Positions 25,710 through 33,695 of a stretch of DNA of 53,968 bases are shown one piece after another. This DNA comes from a virus (Duplodnaviria > Caudoviricetes), in the IMG/VR virus record IMGVR_UViG_3300049020_000042, positions 1 to 53,968 of that record; one strand, written 5' to 3'. A program made the position numbers and the translations under genes. Numbering within the stretch: position 1 is the first letter of the stretch; each line of letters begins with the position of its first letter. The notes under the pieces are model-generated. The model worked only from the letters and a program-made list of their open reading frames with translations, had not been told where the DNA came from and searched no databases.

Positions 25710-26653
25710 AACAGTATCACGACGCAATGCAAAAGATTATGGATCAGGGGGTTGATCGCCCTGATCGCACCGGAACTGGGACTCGCTCCTTGTTTGGTAT
25801 GCAGATGAGATTCGATCTTCAACAAGGATTTCCGGCGGTTACTACCAAGAAGCTGGCATGGAAATCAGTAGTCAGTGAACTGTTGTGGTTCCTGGAGGGT
25901 TCTGGTGATGAGAACCGCCTCCGTGAGATTCTTTACGGAGAAGAAGATAGCACCAAGACTACGATCTGGACTCAAAATGCCAATGCGGATTATTGGAAAC
26001 CAAAAGCCAAGTATGTTGGCGATCTCGGTAGAGTGTATGGTGTTCAATGGCGTCATTGGCAAAAGCCCGCAGCTCCAGGCTTTATGGGTTGGTTGAAGTC
26101 TCTGGTGGGTATGGTTGACACCGTGGACCAAATCGCAGAATTGATGGAAGGTTTGAAGAATGATTCCTATGGCCGACGCCACGTATTGACAGCATGGAAC
26201 CCAGGTGAACTGGATCAAATGGCGTTGCCACCATGTCATATGTTTGCTCAGTTCTACGTGGAGCCTATGTCCATTGATGAGATGAAGCATTTGAGCCTAA
26301 TGAATCAAGATGCGAGTGTTCCAACGCAAAAGCTCAGCTGTCAACTATATCAACGTTCGTGTGATATGTTTCTGGGAGTTCCATTCAATATCGCCAGCTA
26401 TTCATTGATGACTCACATGATGGCCCAATGCTTGGGTATGGCGGTGGGTGACTTTGTTTGGACTGGTGGTGATTGTCACATCTATAACAATCACTTCGAT
26501 GCTGTGAAGGTTCAATTGGAAAGAACTGAATTCCCATTGCCACAATTGAAACTTAATCAAGACATCATGACCATTGATGGATTTACCATGGCTGATATCG
26601 AGATGATTGGGTATGAATCTCACGGTACCATCAAAGCACAAATGGCAGTTTAA
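25706..26653 (+). CDS. thyA: thymidylate synthase
   Basis: DRTGTGT, TTKK, YGVQWR, LPPCH, YQRSCDMFLGVPFNIASY and HIY. Confidence 0.97.
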   Translation: MKQYHDAMQKIMDQGVDRPDRTGTGTRSLFGMQMRFDLQQGFPAVTTKKLAWKSVVSELLWFLEGSGDENRLREILYGEEDSTKTTIWTQNANADYWKPKAKYVGDLGRVYGVQWRHWQKPAAPGFMGWLKSLVGMVDTVDQIAELMEGLKNDSYGRRHVLTAWNPGELDQMALPPCHMFAQFYVEPMSIDEMKHLSLMNQDASVPTQKLSCQLYQRSCDMFLGVPFNIASYSLMTHMMAQCLGMAVGDFVWTGGDCHIYNNHFDAVKVQLERTEFPLPQLKLNQDIMTIDGFTMADIEMIGYESHGTIKAQMAV

Positions 26654-26673
26654 AAGCCTCACCAAGGCATACA

Positions 26674-26693
26674 GAAGGGCCCTAGGGCCCTTC
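26674..26693. terminator. 20-bp palindrome at a convergence point (likely bidirectional terminator)
   Basis: GAAGGGCCCT|AGGGCCCTTC between convergent genes. Confidence 0.55.
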
Positions 26694-26999
26694 ATTCATG
26701 GTGATTGACGTGGTGTGTTGATGCAATTCGTAATAGCGTTTGCGATCCTGGTAGTTGTCAGGATTTGCTTTCTTGAACTCACTAACCATCAGATCAAGTT
26801 CAACTCTACTCAGTAGAGTAAACGTTCGCACCATCGTATGTCCATCATCACTGATTTGAGAATGATTGGACAACAGAATGCCTTCCTCCAACATTCGTTT
26901 CTTCACGTGAGTGATGGTACCTTCGTGAGCTTCCGGCAATTCAAACCAGAATGGAACGCTGACATCTGGCCTGTAGATAGTTTCAGTTACCGTTAGCAT
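26682..26999 (-). CDS. hypothetical protein
   Basis: RPDVSVPFWF motif; GAGGA RBS. Confidence 0.65.
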   Translation of the reverse strand: MLTVTETIYRPDVSVPFWFELPEAHEGTITHVKKRMLEEGILLSNHSQISDDGHTMVRTFTLLSRVELDLMVSEFKKANPDNYQDRKRYYELHQHTTSITMNEGP

Positions 27000-27660
27000 A
27001 GGTTTCCTCGTACCGAACTCTTAACCAATTCCAATCATTTATTGGTGATATATCAGGTGACAGGGTGGCAAAATCCCTGCCATCTTTTGCTCCCTTGATT
27101 GCGCATTTCCCATTCAGAACTTCTGCCCCGACGGTAGTCCACACCTGGAGTCTGTGATCATTCTCTACTGAGTTTTGATTCTTGAATTTACCGTGAGTGA
27201 GTTTGGCACCCTCGCGGAACCCACTACGCCATGCTTCAAAAGGGGTGGAGTTAAAGTGGGTGATACTGACCGTTTCCTGGATAATCTTCAACTCAAACCC
27301 CGTAGTCATATCAAAGCCCATGGAAGACGCGGCAAGGACCTCTCTTTTGGGGAAGAGCTTAAGGCCTCCCCAACCATACTCCAGACGGTTTACGGGGTTT
27401 CTGGCGTACCACAGATGCACGTATTGACGATCATGTTCTCCCACCTTAAAGGCAGGATTGAAATTGGGCAACAGTTCATTGTCTGCATCCACGACAAAGA
27501 AATGTGAGGTCAAGCTCCTCCTCGCACATTCCTGATGTGCGGCAAGAATACCCGTTACACCATCCACTCGTTTTGCATGGGAGAATCGTTCTTTGAACGT
27601 CGCCCATTTCTGGTCGGCATCTGGTTCTTGAAAGGACAGAAAGAATAAGTCGTAAGCCAT
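26983..27660 (-). CDS. GT-A-fold glycosyltransferase-like protein
   Basis: YDLFFLSF, GILAAH, FFVVDAD (DxD) and AWRSGFREGAKL. Confidence 0.7.
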   Translation of the reverse strand: MAYDLFFLSFQEPDADQKWATFKERFSHAKRVDGVTGILAAHQECARRSLTSHFFVVDADNELLPNFNPAFKVGEHDRQYVHLWYARNPVNRLEYGWGGLKLFPKREVLAASSMGFDMTTGFELKIIQETVSITHFNSTPFEAWRSGFREGAKLTHGKFKNQNSVENDHRLQVWTTVGAEVLNGKCAIKGAKDGRDFATLSPDISPINDWNWLRVRYEETYANGN

Positions 27661-27673
27661 AATTGTATTTTAT

Positions 27674-27775
27674 CGAATTCCTCAAAATCTACCTGGAGTT
27701 TACGACATCAAAGCAATGTTTCCGCTACATCTAAACTATGCTTAAGACATTATTCCGAAAGAATTCGTGAAGAAT
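27674..27775. repeat. dispersed ~100-bp element, copy 1
   Basis: TTCCTCAAAATCTACCTGGAGTTT-ACGACATCA shared with 46802; phased (G/T)ACAT boxes; ATTC-N5-GAAT twice. Confidence 0.85.
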
Positions 27776-28280
27776 TGGTCACCAGATAGTCATCAAACTC
27801 GATGGGGGAAATGTCATAACCAACAGTTCTGTAGCGATAACGAATACCCAGATTCCGTTGATCATGTCTGGGGTCGTCAAGCTCTGAGTCACTGAAAGGA
27901 ACTTCACCAATTGCTTCCAGCCTTGTAATCAGTTCCTGATACCACCCAGAAAACCATTCCTCATACTCTTGACGATACGCTGAATCGTATATTGGTTCCA
28001 GGAATGTAACGTTGTCGACATAATTTTTGGAGTTCTCCACAAAGGACTTACTGTTATCAGGGGTGTAATTTACTTCCTTCTTTCTTGGTTCCTGATGAAA
28101 ACCCCTATATGCTCGTATCCACTGGTATATGGTGTCAACCAATGCATCAAGTCTTTGAGATTTCGCCCAAAGATCATCCGCATATTCCTTCGCTTTTATC
28201 GGACATTTGAATGCGCGAATTGGTTTTGTGAATATGTCAGTCCCAGCGATGTTTTGCTGGACTATAAACAAGGTTTGCAT
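27750..28280 (-). CDS. hypothetical protein
   Basis: MQTLFIVQQ start; KPIRAF motif. Confidence 0.6.
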   Translation of the reverse strand: MQTLFIVQQNIAGTDIFTKPIRAFKCPIKAKEYADDLWAKSQRLDALVDTIYQWIRAYRGFHQEPRKKEVNYTPDNSKSFVENSKNYVDNVTFLEPIYDSAYRQEYEEWFSGWYQELITRLEAIGEVPFSDSELDDPRHDQRNLGIRYRYRTVGYDISPIEFDDYLVTNSSRILSE

Positions 28281-28284
28281 AGCC

Positions 28285-28524
28285 TTACAGCCAAGCAACA
28301 GTTGCGATTACGTTCTGGCCATCACGCTTCCAGGAAAGCAGACGCACGCCCTTCTGGCGACAATCAATCCGCAGAGAATATTCAGCGAATTCCACGCCAT
28401 CATAATGGGGACGGCGATCGGCCCATGCCCCGAGATCGCCTTGTCCACGTTGCAATACCAGAACACCATCCTTAGTGATCATCTTGAAATAAGGATCGCT
28501 TTGAGCTTTAGTGTTTTTAGCCAC
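28285..28524 (-). CDS. hypothetical protein
   Basis: Probable GTG start at 28524 overlapping the upstream stop. Confidence 0.5.
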   Translation of the reverse strand: MAKNTKAQSDPYFKMITKDGVLVLQRGQGDLGAWADRRPHYDGVEFAEYSLRIDCRQKGVRLLSWKRDGQNVIATVAWL

Positions 28525-28846
28525 GACGTTTCGCCTTCTCGATAGTAAGATGTACTTGATACCAGATTTTACCCTGTGGTCCAACTTCGTGATTGGCTCT
28601 GGCGTGAATAGTTTGGGAATTAAAATTCCCACCTTTGTCTTGCCACCGCATCATTTCGCGGCAGATCCAACCAATGTCTGATTGCGTGTCACAAGCCATT
28701 TCATCCAAGATATCTCCTGTTTGGTTCAGGAGTCTGGCGTGCCAACGATCATTGATCTTGGTGACCTTCACATCCATGCCTGGTGGCAGATCTACCAATG
28801 GTTTGGTATTCTTCGCGCTGTTGTGTTGAATGTGGGTCATCGTCAT
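28517..28846 (-). CDS. hypothetical protein
   Basis: AAGGAG RBS; 109 aa. Confidence 0.65.
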   Translation of the reverse strand: MTMTHIQHNSAKNTKPLVDLPPGMDVKVTKINDRWHARLLNQTGDILDEMACDTQSDIGWICREMMRWQDKGGNFNSQTIHARANHEVGPQGKIWYQVHLTIEKAKRRG

Positions 28847-28889
28847 CTCCTTGCTATTAAATCAAGTATATGACGAATGTTCATTTGAG

Positions 28890-29420
28890 TCAAGTGTTCT
28901 TTTGGCTCTGTTGCAATCTCATTTGTTTGATGAGTTCGTTTCTGTCTTCCACGATTGTGGTTTGGCCGTCAACCACTTCTCCAGCACCACCGGCACCAGC
29001 CTTAGTTTGACGTTCCACGATGTCGACCTTACGCTCCTCCAGCTTTAGCTTCTGAAGTTTCATTTGTGCATCTCTCTTGGAGTTCTTTGCATCAAGAGCG
29101 ATCTTCAACATGTTGGCTGCGGTTTCAAACATTCTTCCTGAAGATCTAGTGTCAACGTTATAACCCAGATCCATCAAGTCCTGGGAATGTTTGATGGCTT
29201 CTTTGTGAATGGCATCCATGGAACTTTCATGATCCCTTTCCTTCCTTTCATCAGCCATCTCTGGGGTTATCAGATTGTTTTCCAGATTTTCGATCAGCTC
29301 ATGGTTATCAGCCATCTCGTCAGTGATTTCAGGTTCGACTTCGCCTTCCTGATTGCTACTCGCTCTGAGTAGATCTTCTAGCACTGGCAAATCCAATGCG
29401 TCTTGGATGCTCTTACTCAT
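28890..29420 (-). CDS. possible terminase small subunit
   Basis: Acidic N-terminus, central helices (RMFETAANMLKIALDAK), DRNELIK tail; in late operon; inferred. Confidence 0.45.
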   Translation of the reverse strand: MSKSIQDALDLPVLEDLLRASSNQEGEVEPEITDEMADNHELIENLENNLITPEMADERKERDHESSMDAIHKEAIKHSQDLMDLGYNVDTRSSGRMFETAANMLKIALDAKNSKRDAQMKLQKLKLEERKVDIVERQTKAGAGGAGEVVDGQTTIVEDRNELIKQMRLQQSQKNT

Positions 29421-29848
29421 TGTTCTTTCCTTTTGATATGAAACGTCACGAAGTCCGGATCCGTGAGATTGGAATCTAATTCTCGTTCATAATTTGGTGG
29501 CATGTATCTGCTCACCATACGGTGATATACCTTGACTCTGCTGTCTTCACTCTTACTGGCAGAAAATACTATTTCCTTGGGTTGGTATTTTTCAATGAAT
29601 ATGTCCATGATTTTCTTCACGGTTGACATCACATCAAACTCACCACCATCATTTGTCATGTCATATACTTGATTCGCATCTCCAGAACCAAGTTGATAGA
29701 ACGACATATGCCAAATTCCTGTACTGTTGCTATCACCTCTAAAGATAATAGTTCTGTCACCCACATGAAAAGCGGCTTTGAACAGATATAAGCCTGTATT
29801 CATAATGTTGATTTCGGCTGGACGATTGAACAGTTCAAATAATTTCAT
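29417..29848 (-). CDS. putative head-internal protein (paralogue of 29845-30264)
   Basis: MKLFELF leader; YDMTNDG..F.VMSTV...FSAS...VY.RM. Confidence 0.6.
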   Translation of the reverse strand: MKLFELFNRPAEINIMNTGLYLFKAAFHVGDRTIIFRGDSNSTGIWHMSFYQLGSGDANQVYDMTNDGGEFDVMSTVKKIMDIFIEKYQPKEIVFSASKSEDSRVKVYHRMVSRYMPPNYERELDSNLTDPDFVTFHIKRKEQ

Positions 29849-30264
29849 TGCTTGTCCCTAGTTAGTGAAAAGATTCGATCAGAACTGTTGAGTGAATCTC
29901 TAGATGACTTGGTATAACCTGGAACTTCCAAGGAATTCATCATTCGACCGTAGAGTTTGGCATGGCCACTGTGTTGAGATCCTGAGAATTGAACTCTTTC
30001 TGGTTTCTTTTCTGCCATGAACTTCTTCAGGATTTCCAAGATTGTGGCCATACTCTTGAATGCATCACCGGAACCCGTCACATCGTAAGTTCTTTCGTTC
30101 TCGCTACCACCGCTGAACATAACTTCCCAATCATTCTCATATCCACTGGCTTTGAATCGAATCAAATTTCCATCCTGAGTGGTAAATTCTGCCCACCAGG
30201 AAAGGTCCGATGAAGACTTTACTTCATATTGATAAGTCTTGTCGAATAATTCTGTCAAAATCAT
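29845..30264 (-). CDS. putative head-internal protein (paralogue of 29417-29848)
   Basis: MILTELF leader; YDVTGSG..F.SMATI...FSGS...LY.RM. Confidence 0.6.
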   Translation of the reverse strand: MILTELFDKTYQYEVKSSSDLSWWAEFTTQDGNLIRFKASGYENDWEVMFSGGSENERTYDVTGSGDAFKSMATILEILKKFMAEKKPERVQFSGSQHSGHAKLYGRMMNSLEVPGYTKSSRDSLNSSDRIFSLTRDKQ

Positions 30265-30698
30265 TTCTTCCCACCTTTGTGGAACATCTGATCTTCAGTT
30301 AATACGCGGAAGGTCAGACCGTTCTTATGACACCAAGCCATCGCGGCTTGCCATTTAGCCTTATTTACCGCCAGGACCAACTTGTCTTTTTTACTTTTGG
30401 CTCTGTCATCATATGCTTCCTTGGCTGGCTTTACTTCGATGATCTCCGCACGTTTGTTTCCGTGTTTATCAACAAAAACAATCATGAAATCTGGGATATA
30501 GAAGGTCCACTTGCCAGTCAGTGGATGCATATAGGGAATTGACAAAGATTCACTAGCCCATTGAGTCACACTTGGATGTTGATCCAACACTCGCATTAGA
30601 CTCAATTCCCAGGATGAACGATATGTAATCGGACTCTTGCCGATATATTTTCCTGGGTTCTTGGGCTCGAAAAAACCCTGGCTGTATTTTGTGCTCAT
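30261..30698 (-). CDS. head completion nuclease (T4 gp4-like, TnsA-like)
   Basis: PKNPGKY, YRSSWE, WASE, YIPDF, EVKP, NKAKW and LTE. Confidence 0.9.
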   Translation of the reverse strand: MSTKYSQGFFEPKNPGKYIGKSPITYRSSWELSLMRVLDQHPSVTQWASESLSIPYMHPLTGKWTFYIPDFMIVFVDKHGNKRAEIIEVKPAKEAYDDRAKSKKDKLVLAVNKAKWQAAMAWCHKNGLTFRVLTEDQMFHKGGKK

Positions 30699-32047
30699 TA
30701 GAAATCGTTAGGATCAAAGTTGTCAAGAGGATTTGCCAGCTTTGATGACCTGAACCCCACTTGAGCTGTTGGATTTCTTGAGCTATTGAGAACACTCAAG
30801 ATATTGGAACCCGTGGAGCCACTCTGCATGAATGATGCAGCCATGCCCAGTTGTGGGATTCCCGAACCACTACTTGCACCAGCGGCACCTAGAGCTACAT
30901 CCAGGAGTTGACCGTTGATGGATTTTTGTGGGTTTGTGAAATAGTTGACCATGCTACTGGCGTTGCCAATTGCACCTTGTCCCAGAGAGATAACATCACC
31001 GTTGATGATCTGACCGATGGCATTGTTTCCAGTAACGACGTTACCGAAGTTCATGTTGCCCAAACTACCCAAGGCACCACCAGGTTTCAAAATACCACCC
31101 ACTGCACCACTGATGACGTTGCCCAGCTTGTCTCTGGCTTGTCCCAAAAGGTTACCAGTACCAAACATTTGATTCTGATTCAATGGGCTATTGTTGAACA
31201 GACTACCGGTGTTACCATATGAAGTTGATGGCACGTTGGGGTAATTTGGCGCACCAGGATCTGGCAGCGCGTATGCATCACCATCAACACCTGCCGCAAC
31301 CAAGACGTTCTTCACATCTTCTGATTGTGCGATATCTTGTGGAATTGCCTTGTTGTGAGTTATGATTGTCTCAAACTCCATACTCATACGAATGGTATTG
31401 GAATTGGGAGATTCATAATCCATTTCATCCGGATTGAAAGATGTGATCTTTGGATGAATCAAATCGAATTGAACGAACTTTCCACCAAACAGTTGATAGA
31501 CTTCAACTTTCTTGAAGAAGAAACTAGAGCTTAACGCTGATGCTTCGTTGGGTGAATCCGGGAGGGTGAAACCAAACCCTTCACCAGAGTTTAGGAACCC
31601 ATTGGGTCCAGACACAACATCATATGTCCAATCTGAATCCGTGGTATGACGTTGATCACCAAAATAGTAAGATGAGTATTCATTCCACATGCTGTGGACT
31701 ACCGAGTCCGTGGTATCGTGGAAGTCGATGTTAATCGCACCGTACTTGATTCCGGTTTGAATCAATCGCTTTTTGTTGTATTGGTTCAGCTCCTGGACAA
31801 TGGGGCTGATTGTAGGTCTATCGATTTTTCTTACTGCGATAGAAAGACCATCACTCCATGCTTGCCCGCCTTCACCCACATTACGGATGAAACGCACGAC
31901 AAACAGGAATTTTGGGCGTGGCACGGTAGTGGTAGCGCCTGTTGCGCTACCATTGAAAGATGCCTGATCTAATCCAAAATTCTTAGAAGCCTGTCTGGGG
32001 CTTCTAAGAATAAGCGGACGACCATTCTCGTCCGTAGTTTGAGCCAT
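30698..32047 (-). CDS. tube-fold baseplate/tail-tube junction protein
   Basis: IDRP, NQYNKKR, INIDFHD and MDY in the N-domain; Gly/Asn-rich C-terminus. Confidence 0.7.
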   Translation of the reverse strand: MAQTTDENGRPLILRSPRQASKNFGLDQASFNGSATGATTTVPRPKFLFVVRFIRNVGEGGQAWSDGLSIAVRKIDRPTISPIVQELNQYNKKRLIQTGIKYGAINIDFHDTTDSVVHSMWNEYSSYYFGDQRHTTDSDWTYDVVSGPNGFLNSGEGFGFTLPDSPNEASALSSSFFFKKVEVYQLFGGKFVQFDLIHPKITSFNPDEMDYESPNSNTIRMSMEFETIITHNKAIPQDIAQSEDVKNVLVAAGVDGDAYALPDPGAPNYPNVPSTSYGNTGSLFNNSPLNQNQMFGTGNLLGQARDKLGNVISGAVGGILKPGGALGSLGNMNFGNVVTGNNAIGQIINGDVISLGQGAIGNASSMVNYFTNPQKSINGQLLDVALGAAGASSGSGIPQLGMAASFMQSGSTGSNILSVLNSSRNPTAQVGFRSSKLANPLDNFDPNDF

Positions 32048-32048
32048 T

Positions 32049-32642
32049 TTAGATACCGATCATTGGGTTGCCTGGCAGAGTGATCTGTGGCACCAATGGC
32101 ATCAAATCGCCAGATTGTGTTGCGTTATCGTAACGAACTTCCAAGCTGATCGTCATCGGATCGCTGGAAGAGTAATCAAACGAACTGTAGTTCACGGAAG
32201 AAAGGAAACAACCTTCCAAGTACCATTGCTCGATGATGGTGTCGTTACCACCGTCCAAAGTCTCCAGGTAGGTGTTGAACTTGTAATTCACACCAGCCAA
32301 TGGGCTAGTTTGTTCGAAGTGGTTGGTTTGCTTTTGAACCTGGTGACCAACAAGGCGGGACACTGAGTTAGAAACATCGTCTCTGAGCTCAATGGAGATA
32401 CCTTGCCATTCATGCTTCGAGGCATAGTATGCCGTTGAAACATAGCTGTGAACTGTGACTGGACCTTGATTCAGAGAAGGACGGCTGGCCGTCATAACCT
32501 GTTGTGAGAGTTCCAGACCGCCTTGGACTGGTCCGAAGTTGATTACTCGGACACGAAATTTATGCTTGACCTTTGGTTGGAGAATACCGCCTCTACCGGT
32601 ACCACCACCCATTGGAACGCCGAACCGGCTTAACGTTGTCAT
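32049..32642 (-). CDS. tail tube protein (T4 gp19-like)
   Basis: QPKVKHKFRV, KHEW, LRDD, WYLEGCF, FDY and VRYD; GGGGA RBS; TAAATA at 32676-32671. Confidence 0.9.
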   Translation of the reverse strand: MTTLSRFGVPMGGGTGRGGILQPKVKHKFRVRVINFGPVQGGLELSQQVMTASRPSLNQGPVTVHSYVSTAYYASKHEWQGISIELRDDVSNSVSRLVGHQVQKQTNHFEQTSPLAGVNYKFNTYLETLDGGNDTIIEQWYLEGCFLSSVNYSSFDYSSSDPMTISLEVRYDNATQSGDLMPLVPQITLPGNPMIGI

Positions 32643-32718
32643 ATTGACTATCCCCCTAAGAGTGTTCTTGTATTTATGAAAAAATGACAAAAAATAAAGA
32701 GCACTTTTAGAAGTCAAT

Positions 32719-32750
32719 AAAAAGAGCGGATACCTTTCGATATCCGCTCT
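32719..32750 (-). terminator. intrinsic terminator
   Basis: AGAGCGGATA/TATCCGCTCT 10-bp stem followed by Ts on the - strand. Confidence 0.75.
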
Positions 32751-32995
32751 AGTAACAACAAATATGCCGCATCACGTTTACGCGGCATAATGGTTTCAGC
32801 CACCCCCAAGATCAGAGATATTGTTGTCGTTGATCTAATGATCGTCCTGCGCGTGAATTCGCGCTCTCGTATCTGAAACCCAGTAACCACACTGGGACAT
32901 TTCTTTACATGGATGGCAACCACACCCTAGTCGCCCCCAGATACGCTTATAGGTTCAGGAGAACAAACTCCGGATGACCACACATTACTGATGTG
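32719..32995 (-). ncRNA. candidate structured ncRNA (~275 nt)
   Basis: TATAAT at 33004-32999; at least 7 stems incl. long-range CGTATCTG/CAGATACG; GUGUGGUY three times; terminal terminator. Confidence 0.55.
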
Positions 32996-32999
32996 GCTA

Positions 33000-33371
33000 T
33001 TATACGTCTTTTCTTTTTCTAGTTCTAGAAAAATGCAGGTTTATAACCCTCAGAACTATAGTAGTTGCATTGGTAACCGGTAGGGTTTTCATTTGACTAG
33101 CTTCGTTCGTGTGGAAATATTGAATCATCTCATTTTCCTTAATCTGTCCGTTTGCCACATAGTCCAAAATGTCTCGTTTCGAGCTTGGATATTTGTGATT
33201 TCCTATTTGGCTTCTTCCCCAATAATAGCCAAATTTCAATAGCTTGGGGGCGATCACGTCTCGAATGAACAAATTTCTGGGTCCTGTGTAGGAATGGAAT
33301 TCGATGTTCTTCTTAAAGGGCGCATTCTCAAAGACTACCTTGAGGTTTCTGTACTTCTTATTCTTGGGCAT
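33000..33371 (-). CDS. basic hypothetical protein
   Basis: Lys/Arg-rich; TGATATAAT 6 nt before ATG. Confidence 0.6.
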   Translation of the reverse strand: MPKNKKYRNLKVVFENAPFKKNIEFHSYTGPRNLFIRDVIAPKLLKFGYYWGRSQIGNHKYPSSKRDILDYVANGQIKENEMIQYFHTNEASQMKTLPVTNATTIVLRVINLHFSRTRKRKDV

Positions 33372-33416
33372 GGTGCCATTATATCACACAACCACACAGA
33401 TTCATAATGAAAGGCA

Positions 33417-33445
33417 TTGATGTGATATTCATTTGGTGTTACCAT
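33417..33445 (+). promoter_or_regulatory. sigma70/extended -10 promoter
   Basis: TTGATG-17-TACCAT; GGTGYTA box also at 14764, 43560, 43824, 44118 and 51993. Confidence 0.6.
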
Positions 33446-33466
33446 CAAGTAAACAGGAGAGTCCAT

Positions 33467-33652
33467 ATGTCTGATGAAGCTAACGAATTTGTGAAAACTT
33501 ACGGCAAAACGGTTGAACGAGTCGAAGTTCAAACTTCTCATCATGGTGATGTCAATGGTTTTACCATGTACTTCACTGATGGGACGGTGTTGGATGTGAG
33601 CAGTAAAGGCCATTACGATTGCTCATCGAGCATATCAGTAGATGTAGACTGA
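33467..33652 (+). CDS. small hypothetical protein
   Basis: GKTVERVE...FTDG motif; AGGAG RBS. Confidence 0.7.
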   Translation: MSDEANEFVKTYGKTVERVEVQTSHHGDVNGFTMYFTDGTVLDVSSKGHYDCSSSISVDVD

Positions 33653-33653
33653 A

Positions 33654-33683
33654 AGAAAAGGGGAGCAATTGCTCCCCTTTTCT
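33654..33683. terminator. bidirectional terminator (perfect 30-bp palindrome)
   Basis: AGAAAAGGGGAGCAA|TTGCTCCCCTTTTCT between convergent genes. Confidence 0.85.
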
Positions 33684-33695
33684 ACCTAAATTACT

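Noticed and set aside
32714-32923. 69-aa GTG-start ORF inside the ncRNA candidate
   Set aside because: No recognisable protein features and it runs through the terminator stem; RNA structure explains the region better, though translation is not excluded.
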